Source: Lama guanicoe
Lineage: Eukaryota
Assembly (NCBI GenBank): GCA_013239625.1
Contig: MU053513.1
Span: 826,370-890,369, forward strand
Length of the DNA stretch: 64,000 bases
Direction of reading: 5' to 3'
The translations under genes and the position numbers were made by a program. This document shows positions 25,210-35,956 of this stretch, piece after piece. The notes under the pieces are model-generated. The model ran no database searches, was not told where the DNA came from, and was given only the letters and a program-made list of their open reading frames with translations. Positions within the stretch are counted from its first letter, which is position 1. Each line of letters opens with the position of its first letter.

Positions 25210-28200
25210 TCCTCAGGACAGGCTATGCTCTTTGTGGCATCACTGACAGTTATTTCTTAGTATGATTTTTTTGGTTTTCCCTTGTTTGGCTCCACCATTA
25301 CCGATGTCAGGAGCACGTCACGTCAACTTGCATGTTTGCGGAGCAGGACTGACTGCCCGTTACCCTGACGAGTCATCCTGGGCTGCCCAGCAAGACAGGC
25401 TGGATGAGGGGTTCCTCTTCTGTCAGGAGTCGGTTTTCTCTCCCACCCCAACCACTCACAGGAGGAGTTACAGCCCCCGATGGTAGGCTGTTGGTTCATA
25501 AAGCCAGATTTCTTGGTTCCCAGGAGCCTGCTACCCTCTGAAAAAGCCATTTTTCTTAGGCTTGTGCAAATAAGAAAGATCAGATGGCCCAGTCCCCTTC
25601 ACTGGGTCCAAATGCCCAGGGTGTATCCAGGAAAGCGCCCATGCAGGTAAGTTTACAAGCCAAGGTCAGCAATAGAAGAGAGAGCACAGGACATTTGGTC
25701 GGTCTTCCCATCCCCCCCGGGGAGGCTGCTGTTCGAGGTCTGTCTGCTGAACGTGAGGTACAGACGTGCCTCCTGGTGGAGAGGGCCCTGCTTTCCCTCT
25801 CGGTGGGGTGAGTAGGTGATGGGTCGTGTCAGTTGTACAGGAAGGAATTATCAGTCAATTTGGGTGCCAAGAAGTCTGAATTTTAATGTCCACTGTTGAC
25901 AAGAGCTATCTGGGAGAGGACCTGGGCACCTTGGGGCCCCACGGGAAGTCAGATCTGGCATAAGAGTGGCATCTCCAGTCCCAGCTGGTTAGCTGTGCAG
26001 GAATCTCAGAAGTAGCCCCGAAGAACATTTTGGGAGGTTTTTTTTTTTTTTATTGTTACACTACAATTTTGAATCTCCAAACTGTCACACAGAATTTGTC
26101 ATAACATAGACACTCGGTCATGTTGACTGGAGGATTAATGAATGACCACAGGATATCTGCAAGCAACTTTGAGAAGTACACTAGTACCTGATTATCTGTC
26201 CCTTTCTTTAAATGAAAATAATTAAATAAATTCACCTTCCTGTAGAATTGCTCACCTATCAGTGTGTACTTTTTCATGAACGATCAAACCTTTCTGTGAC
26301 TCTGCCACGGGAAATGTGGGGTGAGTTCCACTGGAATAATGTTAAGAGGCTTTGTCTTGGGAACTGCTCTTCAGAATGATCTCTTTAACCTGCTGTATTT
26401 CTTTCAATCTGATTCCAGTCACCTAATTAGAATCGTTTTTTTAATCAGAAAAGAAAAAAGTATGTATTACAAAAACAACTTGCCACTGAGGACTAGAGGG
26501 ATAAATAGGCCACCGCAGTGGGTTTGAAGGCACATGGAAGAGCAAGAAGGCCAGGCGTGGGCCACGCTGAGCTTCCTGCTCTGACAGAGGCATCAGGCCA
26601 GGTGGATGGAATGATGCCTTTGGCTTCAAAGGACAGAGAAGTTTGACATCCCTTGGGCATATGGGAACCCGTGAGAATGCTGATCAGAGCCGTGATAAAC
26701 ATAAACTGGAGCACAGTTCTCCAGATAAAGCAGGACACTTCAGAACTATTTTAGATCCTATTGTTCCTAGTGCCGCAGCTAATTATTAGCTACATAATAC
26801 AGGCTATTGTTTTTCCTGGATAATCATATTTGGAGATGATTCAGTGCTGGAGTGATTTTATACTCTAACAGCATATCATTAAGTTGAGAGTTAGATAATA
26901 TACATTACAAATTGCATCTGGGCAAATTATTTTACCACATACGTACTTCTTCAGTGCTATGGAGCATTCAACACAAACCAAGAAGTTTACATCTAAAGAT
27001 TTTGATAAGAATATATTAATTCGTTGGCACCTTATCTTTCAGTAAATTTTTTGCGTAGTGAAAGTATGAGGTACAATTCAAGGATAAGTCTGTTATAATC
27101 AAACATTTTATCATGACAGAAGTATGAAATTAATCCATTTTTGTTGACAGCCCTGTAAGTCCTTTAGAAAGAATGAGATTTAGCCATTCTATTGACAAGG
27201 ATAGTAGGGAAATGGAACAAAATTAGTATATTTACAGAACAACCTCTAAGAACATAATTATGTGGTTCCTCTCAAATGCTATGGTAATGGGCCACAGGAC
27301 ATTGTAAACAAGACACATCAGTTAAAAATTGTACACATCAACCTTAGCAATCTTAGCACTGAAAATATAAACAATACATAATATTAATTTCAGCCTTCAA
27401 AGACAAAAAGACAGTCAACAAAGATTCACCATTTCAAAGTCATATGCGTTGTTTAAAAGTTTTAAGATACTTTTTTGCAAGTATAAATAAAACTTTTTGT
27501 ATTCTCACAAATATGGGGCAATGAGGGCTAATAATGGAACATTGAAATTATTAAAAATAAGATATAGAATAATCATTAAAAAGAAGTCTGGCCTATAGTA
27601 TAAAATATTATACTAGAAGTCAAATAAAAACTACTTAAGAGAATATTTAATATGTAGTTCCTTTTTCTTTTTAAGGAAAGGATATACCTAGATTAACAAA
27701 AATGTTAACCACTTACATTGGAATCTTATTTATACTTTCTGATTTAAATAGGCAAAATGAGAAAACACCTTGAAATAGAAACTCAAGTTTTAGGATTAAA
27801 GGGTCAATTATGTTGACAGTAATTTAACTGCAACTTCTATCATTCACAGCTAGACAATTTCAAACCTAAATAATGTCATTACAGTTATAGTTTAGAATTC
27901 TTTTCATTTTAAACATATGTATTTATATTTGGAAAGTACCTATAAATACCCGAATACCTACTAATGAAAAGAGGAAAAAAAATCTCTTGATCATTCAATG
28001 TTCTGAACTCAGCAATTACATTTGTCACAAAAATAAAATAATGTGAGAATTTTTTCATATAATTATTCGTTGTACCATAATTTTTTCTACATCTCACAAA
28101 CAAGATTCACTTCCAAAAGGCAACATTTAAATAAGTTTTCCCTTTGTGTAAGTCGATTTATAGAAAAGAAATCTTAGAATTATCATTAAAACTGATCATC

Positions 28201-28517
28201 ATTCTAGTTTTCTATCACTTTATTGTAAATTATTGAACAAAACAAAGATGTTTATATAATTTCATGTGACACAAAAAACTATTTTTATTCATAGATTTTG
28301 AATAATCATTGCATTATGTAAGTAGGAAAATAGTATTAGGCATAATTACAATTTGGAAAATCAATCACTTAGAATTTTGGAAGAGAAACTAGCATAACTG
28401 GTTTATGAATAAGTTTTATGACATATATGAGAACTAAAGTGTATTATCTTAGCCTTTATTTAACAATGTTAATTTACAAGTATGTGTCAATGATGCTTTA
28501 TGTTACCATCACTTTTT

Positions 28518-28662
28518 TCTAATTTTATTTTTTACTGAAGTACAGTCAGTTACAGTGTGTCAGTTTCTGCTGTACAGCACAAGGTCCCAGTCATGCATAT
28601 ACATACCTATATCTGTTTTCATATTCTTTTTCATTAAAGGTTATTACAAGATATTTGAATAA
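28518..28662 (-). mobile_element. 5'-truncated L1 3' end (artiodactyl/camelid type)
   Basis: T-rich tail followed by CTGAAGTACAGTCAGTTACAGTGTGTCAGTTTCTGCTGTACAGC...GGTTATTACAAGATAT. TSD ACCATCACTTTT (28505) / ACCATGACTTTT (28663). Confidence 0.8.
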
Positions 28663-31600
28663 ACCATGACTTTTAGAAGAGTAAATGGTTACCTTTAAAC
28701 TTGTCTAATCATTTCTGTATAGGCAAAATTATATTAACATTTGGCTAGAGACAGTACTCATATTTATCATTATAGATGGAAATAAGGGGAAACCTCACAG
28801 TCTGATGTCTACCTTTAATAATTTTTTAATGAGATCAGTTACAAATGATTATAAGCTAATGTGTTTAACTGAGACTTCTAAATAGCTTTCTAGTTTTTCA
28901 ACCAATCCTTTCTTACAGAGGATATTAATAAAACAAATCACAAAAAGAAAATTAAATTTTTTCTGAGATTAAAGATTTGTGACAAACTAGAAAGTAAAGA
29001 GTAAGAAAAAAAAGATAATTCTCAAAGTAGTAGGAAGTTAATAATAATGTTCCCTGGAGATCTGAACCAGAGACTTGTGTCCTCAATCTGCATGTTAACA
29101 ATACTGGTGATAGTGAGTAACAAGCACCTGGAATAGGCTGACAGTATGTGATTACTATATTTAATTTTCCTAAAAAATTTGAGCCATCGTGAGGAATTAT
29201 AAGAACGTATAATAGACTAGTGATTGAGTAACACAAAGGTAGATGAAATGTAATGTAAAACACAACATATTATATACCTAAAGAAATAATTTAAATTACT
29301 TGTACCTCCTGATGGATTCTGTAACCTCTCAGGGTACTATTTTGGGCAGCTCAATGAAGAAGAGCAATCAACTATGAATAAATCAATGCTATAACATGTT
29401 AAAAGCATGGCTAAAAAGTATAACAATATTAAATAGATGGTGATTTTAGCATGGTTTCTATCTTAGAGGCATTGCCCTTTTAAAAAAGTGAGGTCAGTTT
29501 AATATTTTTGTAACATGGAAAAGGTTCAAAGGAAAATACATTAATAAAATAATTTAGAAGGCAGTTATAATGCAAACAATTAGCATAATGCACATCCTCT
29601 TCTTCTCTCTCTCTCTTTTTTTTTTCTTTTTTGTTGTTGTTGTTGTCGATGCCTGGCTTAAAAATATCAGTTCCTAAACGTGGATGCTAATTTATAAAAC
29701 TTTATGAACAGGAACTATAGGAGAGAAAAAGCAGACAAAACAAGGACATTTGCAAATGTTAAACAGAATAATGGAAAGATGTAGTGAGTTTTCCGAAGGC
29801 CACAAAACAATTGAACGACCAGACTGGGAAGGAACTCAGATCTCCTTCCTTTCAGTCAGTGTTGAAAATTACCAGATACTTTTTGCACCCCCTTTCCCTA
29901 AAAAAAATTAGTAGCTTAAACGTCAGTCAAGTGTTTCTGTTTGTAGTTTTGGAAACTCAATTTTCTAAAATGTTCTTTTATATATTAACTTGAGTTTTAT
30001 AATTAGAAAATTAAGTTATTAAAAATGCCTCAGTGGAAATATATATTAACACATTAAAATTTATATTTGATACAAACTGTTACCAGACATTAAGTAGACT
30101 CAATGTAGAGTCACAGATTTCCAGATAACTAGGTTTGAACTTTATAGCATCTCTATACTGATTATTTAAGATCATCAGTTTAAATGAAGATGAAAAAAAA
30201 AGTTTCTTATAATTTGGGAACTATAAATTATTCTCCAGTTAACTAAGAGTTTTTTCGGCTTTCCCCCTAAATTTAAATGTAAAAGATTGTGATTGACTAT
30301 ATCTCAATATCATGAAAGGAACCTGGAGATCTAAAAGACAAACAACTAATCTCCAAAATTAAAGATTTTCATTTCTGATAAACTTTACTATACACTGTCC
30401 TAGATATTTATCGACTTATTTATTCACTCACTCAACACTTGATTATCTATTATCCTCAAGACACTGTGTGAAGTGTCATGGAGGAAAAAATATTTAGGTT
30501 TCTTACCTTCAAGTTCTAAAAGCAAGACCAGGTTAAGGACCATTAACAGACAAGTTCACCCAGTGGAACCTCAATCCTTGTCTGTTTGTGGAACTTCCTT
30601 TACATTGAGGAGCTGCTGTCCCACTTAGATTATGCTTTTCTTGGTTTACATTGAGTATGTTGCCATCTGATTACTCTTCCCAAACTTACACATAACTCAA
30701 TCTTCCTTTTTTTTTTTAAATTTTTTTGCCAATTGTACATTGTTAATTCTAGGTTTCACTAAAATTGACTTATGGTGGAAACATATTATCTGGTAAATTA
30801 CAATCCTGCTGAGGGTCCGATGGGAATAAAGATAATAAGAAAGAATGAGGAACTACCTAAATGAACAAATTGATGACTAAGTTTCCATAGTTGTGAAAAA
30901 TCAAGTGCTGTGTGAGTAACGATGTTATTTGGAGACAGTCGCAGAACTGGCCACTTACAACTTGATCACGCTACCGACATTCAGGTGAGGAATAAGAGGC
31001 CTCATGAAGGTGGACCAGAAGCTGCCAGTCTCTGTGGGCACCACAGATGCATCAGTGGAGAAGGCTTCCATTTCAACTGTGTACTAATTTCCTATATTTG
31101 ATGTGCTGAATATTAAGATATCAAATCCCCAGTCGTTTTGACATGTCTGTTAATGACCTTACCAACCCACTATGATCTATTAAGATAGGCGCTGTTATTA
31201 CCATGTTACCATGGATAAACGGGCCCCCAGCAAGGTTAAGGAATCTATTCAGGATAAAAACTGGAGCTAATCCCAGGTCCCATGGTGAATTCTTTCCATA
31301 GCAAGCTTCAACCTGACCAAGAACCTTTCAAGGAAATCCTGTTTAATTTGGCACCTTACAGACAGACCCAAGATAGAACTAATCATAGATTTGATAAGAT
31401 CTCACATCGCAGGATGAATGTGTATACTAGTGTATTAAAACCACAATCAGGTAGGCAGCTTAAAATGATTTAACTTCCATGTGTTATACTCAGGCCAAAA
31501 TCAAGCTGTAAGTGACTGCTCTATCTTTAAACAATTAGACATGTGTCAGTGGTACCCAAATGAAGATTGTTGATAAAAGTTTAAAGTTCTACCTGTCTTT

Positions 31601-32298
31601 GAGAATACTTCTTTAAAATATACTTTTCCCCCACAATTAAAATATTTGGGTTGAAAATTCTAAATGTTCCTTTTTCAGTAAAGACAAAAGATCTAAAATT
31701 ATTCAGTTATTATATTTATTCCTTAAGGCAACAGACTTCAAGTACTAAATTTTTAAGTGATTTTAATTTTTACAAAGAACAATTTTAAAGCTATAAGCAT
31801 CATAAAGCACTTCCTGCTTTCTTTTGGCTCTCCAGTAGTTTCTTGATAAAATATACACAAATAAATTCTTACTTTTTAGTAAGAACACACAAGCAAAAGG
31901 AAAGCTTGAAAAATATTTTAAAATTGTACTTTAGCTCATTTTTGTTAATTTTTAAGCAATGCATAGAGAAAAATAGTTTTTTAATTGGCTGTCTTCTATT
32001 ATCTGTAGTACAAAAATATAAAGTAAGCATGAGTGGTTGATAGATGGAGTAAACTATTTCATGATAGTGGTTTTAAACATAGGTGCTGTGTTTCAGTTTA
32101 TAACTTGTCTCAGAAAACAATATATTTCCATATTTATGTCTTTCAGATGATGATTGTACTCAGTGACTTCATAGGATGAGTGTATATGACGACTCTGGAG
32201 AAACTAGCTTCCTGTTAATGGAGTCAGGTCATTGGAACACCTTGAATTTTATAATATAAAACTGTGCTTTTAACTTTCTTTCCTTGAAAGCCACTTTT

Positions 32299-32397
32299 AT
32301 AAATTGACACATAGTCAGTTACAATGTATCAATTTCTGATACACAGCATAATGTCCCGGTCATGCATATGCATACATATATTCATTTTCATGTTCTA
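32299..32397 (-). mobile_element. 5'-truncated L1 3' end, same family as 28518, inserted into an L2 remnant
   Basis: AGTCAGTTACAATGTATCAATTTCTGATACACAGCATAATGTCCCGGTCATGCATAT aligns with 28543-28600. TSD AAAGCCACTTTT (32287) / AAAGCCACTCTT (32398). Confidence 0.8.
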
Positions 32398-32909
32398 AAA
32401 GCCACTCTTCATCCTGTCTTTCCTGTTTTTGTGAATGGTTCCAACCTTCTTCTGCTCACACAACTAGAAAATCTTCACATTCTCCTTGTCTTAAATGCAT
32501 CCCTCAACCTTAGCAAGTCAACCAGATGTCAATTTTCTTTATCTAATCCTTTCCCCATGCCAATACTCCAATCCTTGTTCAGGCACCTGTGGTCCATTTC
32601 CTGGACTATTCTGGCATTCTTGTCTTTGATGTCTCCATAACATCCCTCATACAGACTGCTGCCAGAGTTTTATTCACTGAATCACTGTCTAGCTTTAAAA
32701 AAAAAGGAAAAGGACTCTCAAAAGAAAAGCAATTAGCAACAAAGACCAAAACTTATTTTTCTTGGCATTTAGGACATCTAAATTGCCTTTCCAGACTCCC
32801 TGAATAGCAGTCACTGATTACTCATTTTTGCAGCATCCTTCTGAGGGTGGTACCACTGTAGATGGAATAGAGCTGGGAGACTGATAGCACCAACCAACAT
32901 GGAAGCAAA

Positions 32910-33065
32910 ATACACTGGGTCTAACAGAACCAGTCACTTAGACTAGCTCTGTGACTCTGGGCAAGTCACATAACACCTCTGTTCCTCATTCCCCTCATGT
33001 ATTATAAGACCACACTCAGACGCTTTTTGTGGGAATTAAGTTAAGCTAGAAAGTGTCTAGGAAGA
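32910..33065 (+). mobile_element. MIR SINE
   Basis: CTAGCTCTGTGACTCTGGGCAAGTCACATAACACCTCTGTTCCTCATTCCCCTCAT. Confidence 0.7.
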
Positions 33066-33351
33066 TGCAGTGAAGAGGCAAGGAGCCATGTCTATACATG
33101 AGTACATATATCATTGTGACTTATGTCACTGTGACCAGTTTTAGTTATTGCCCCTGCTAGTTCACAATCATTTTGGCGTCCAAGGGCCACAGCTTGTCCA
33201 TCTCTGTGAGGGTACTGTCTGTACAAAGTAGATTCTTAGCAGATGTTTACTAAACTAAACAGAATGCATATGAAATATAGCAAAGGCATGCCCAACTGTT
33301 TAAAGGTGACATGACTTGTGTCAGTGACAAAAACATCAGTCATTCCTTTCC

Positions 33352-33575
33352 TTTAAATCAACTTTACTGAGGTATAATTCACATGCAATGAAATGCACTA
33401 TTTTAAGGGATGAGCTCTGACAAATGCATCATTTAGGGAACAACCACCCCCAACAAGATGGTGACTATTCCCATGACCCCCCATTTCCCTTAGTGCCTCT
33501 CTGCAGTGGGCCCCCTCCGCAACCTCAGACAACCACTGATCCGCTTTCCGTCCTTATGGATCAGCCTTGCCTGCC
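33352..33575 (-). mobile_element. Old L1 (L1MB-like) 3' end
   Basis: CTTTACTGAGGTATAATTCACATGCAATGAAATGCAC...ACAACCACC...CAGACAACCACTGATCCGCTTTC is typical antisense L1MB 3'UTR. Confidence 0.7.
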
Positions 33576-34069
33576 AGTTATTTCAAAATTTTTACACTAG
33601 ACTTATTTCTGTGTTTCACCCTGAATGAGCTGTGTCTCTGTAATCAACTCATATACAGTAACATGCAAAAGGAAACCTACATGCATTGCAACGGGTGTTC
33701 CGGGGAGGGGGTGGTGAGGGGAGCGTAAATTTTAGTTGAAAGTGGAAATCAGCATTTTGTACTTCACAGTCACGTAGTTCTTGACACTTGGCTTTCTGGT
33801 TTGCTGGGTTGTCACTCAGCTGTTTTAGGCACAATCCTAACCTGTAGCAAGATAGTGCAGATCCTTATTCTACAGTCTGGAACCCTGGATCCCAGCAAGA
33901 TGAGGACTGAACGCTGGAAACGAAGGCCCCGTTTGGCGCCAAGCTCCAGTCTACTTCTGGGCCCACAGACCTTTAGGGAGACGTACCAGTGAGTAAGAGA
34001 AGGCTGTGTCCTGGAACTGAGGCTGCAGGAAGGACCCCTAAGGCCTAGGCAGTTCTAGAACCCAGGGGG

Positions 34070-34530
34070 CACGCTCCGTGGGTCTCTGGCGCGCTGACTG
34101 CTGGGCACCGGCCCTGAGGGTCGTGCCCCGACGCCGCGCCTGGGGAGGGGGCGCCATCCCCGCGTCGGGTGCGCGGAGCGCTGGGGACCGCGGCCCCGAG
34201 GCGGGGATGAGGTCAGCGGGGGCGCGGGGGCCGGGGCCGGACGCGGCCGGCGGACTCCGCGCTCCTCACACGCTCACACAAAAGAGGCCGGAAAGTGTCC
34301 GGAGGAAGCGGGTGCGTCACAGGGGACGGAGCCGGAGCCTGGCGCGCCCGCCCCGTCGCACCCCGGGTACCGGCCCGCTCGCCCCGCTGCTCCGCCGCCG
34401 CCAGCGCCACCGCCTGCACCGCCGCGCCGCCAATGAGACTCCTCCCGCTCCTAGGTGAGTCCGCGCGCCCCGGGCCCGGGTGCACTTGCAGGGAACGAGA
34501 GGTTTCCAAGGTGGCACTCACGTGCCAGGT
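34070..34530 (+). promoter_or_regulatory. CpG-island promoter and 5'UTR of ADGRL4
   Basis: Abrupt very GC- and CpG-rich segment in AT-rich DNA, with no obvious TATA box. Contains GC-box-like G-runs (34218-34240), ETS cores CCGGAAAG (34288) and GAGGAAGC (34302), a CRE/ATF half-site TGCGTCA (34313), TGAGGTCA (34208) and an E-box CACGTG (~34519). The exact TSS cannot be determined from sequence. Confidence 0.9.
34433..34454 (+). CDS. ADGRL4: ADGRL4/ELTD1 coding exon 1 (MRLLPLL + first base of Val8); start of the signal peptide
   Basis: ATG at 34433 inside the CpG island. ATGAGACTCCTCCCGCTCCTAG is followed by a consensus donor, G|GTGAGT (34455). Splicing to 35807 gives [22 protein letters not shown]..., which matches the ELTD1 N-terminus as I recall it (human [38 protein letters not shown]). 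Confidence 0.96.
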
Positions 34531-35806
34531 GGATTTGGCCAAGACTCCAAGCGGCACAGCCCTTCTCAGGATGTTTTTCTCCCTGGCCTTTCAACTCTGG
34601 AGTTCGCTGTTCAGGGCCCAGGGACTGAGGCCCCTCTTCACTCCTCCTGACAAAGTCCCCGAAGTCTCAGCCTTTGACAAATCTTCTGATCTTCCCCCGA
34701 GAAACTGGGGAAATCCAAACCATTAACACTTCTGGGAGGTTTTCTCGCCTTTGAAGGGGACCGCCGCTCAGCCCAGATTTGGGGTTCACTTAAAGTACTA
34801 TTTCGATGATACTGTACGGAGAGAATAAATCACGGCTTTGAGGCTGAATTAATTCTGGTTTAGACAGTGTGTACAGCCCTATGTGAGGCTGGGATTTAGA
34901 ATTGAATGTTTAAGAATCATTTGTTACCAGATAAGGGTAATTTATCTCAGATGGCTGTTTGCAGAAGAATAACTGGCATGATTTATAACTGTCCATCCCA
35001 AGTGGGCTTGTCTTGAGAAGTCCTAGGACAACAATAAAAAAAAAAATAGAGGAACGTCCTATGCTTTTCCTTATCTTTTCCTACCAGCCCGCAAAATACC
35101 ACTGCCAACTTTGATTTCGATAACTCTGAAATAAAGGCTTGTTCTCTTTTAACGCTGCATATGGCTGGTGGTGTTTGTCTGGTGTTCTGTTTCTGGAAGA
35201 TCAGTCTTTGACCCATATGTTGAATTGATTGTTTTTCCCCCTAATGGGAGAACATGTGAAAGAAACTTTACTATGGAAAAGGCAGAATTTTAGAAGATCA
35301 TTAGAACACAGGGAAAAAAAAACATAATTGCATTTATGTTCCTGGATAGCATGATCTGTTGCTCTTCATCATGAAATAATAGAGATTTAACTTTGGAAAG
35401 ACTCCGATACTCAGTTGACCTTGATTTCAGCACAGAATCGTGCCCCAGAGGAAAAATATTCCTTTATAATCATGCAGTGACTATTAAAAGTATTTCATCT
35501 CAGAGTGAAGGGGCTAGTTATCCAAGAATGCAGTTTTCTTTATAAAGCCCAGATTGTGTATTACTTTTAGCTCAGTTAAGATTTACTTGGTAAACGATGA
35601 GGCTGAAGAAAAGTTAATTTTTTTACTTACTTGCTCTTGTCCTGTTGTTCACCTAAATGCTCCCTGGGGGAAAATTCTCATGATGCGTTTATCAAAATGG
35701 AAAGAAAGAAGGATATTAATGTATATGTATATGTAGTCTACTACTCAACAATGGGGGAAGGTTTTTCTTTTTCTTTTTAAAGGGTGTGCTTCTCTATTTT
35801 CTTTAG
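34455..35806 (+). other. ADGRL4: ADGRL4 intron 1 (1352 nt, GT-AG)
   Basis: Runs from GTGAGT to TTTAG between the two coding exons; splicing preserves the reading frame. Confidence 0.93.
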
Positions 35807-35956
35807 TGGGTTTTTCCACTTTGCTGAATTGTTCCTACACTCAAAACTGTACCAAGACACCCTGTGTCCCAAATGCAAAATGTGAGATACGGAATGGAGC
35901 TGAAGGCTGTTACTGCAACATTGGATTTTCAGGAAACGGTGTCACAATCTGTGAAG
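35807..35956 (+). CDS. ADGRL4: ADGRL4/ELTD1 coding exon 2 (150 nt, phase 1-1): end of the signal peptide and EGF-like domain 1
   Basis: Acceptor TTTTCTTTAG|TG and donor GAAG|GTAAAC. Translates as (V)[49 protein letters not shown], with the six-Cys EGF spacing and N-glycosylation sequons NCS and NCT. Confidence 0.97.

Noticed and set aside
34078..34726. Several overlapping Arg/Ala/Pro-rich ORFs on both strands
   Set aside because: Expected from stop-codon scarcity in a CpG island; only 34433-34454 is supported as coding.
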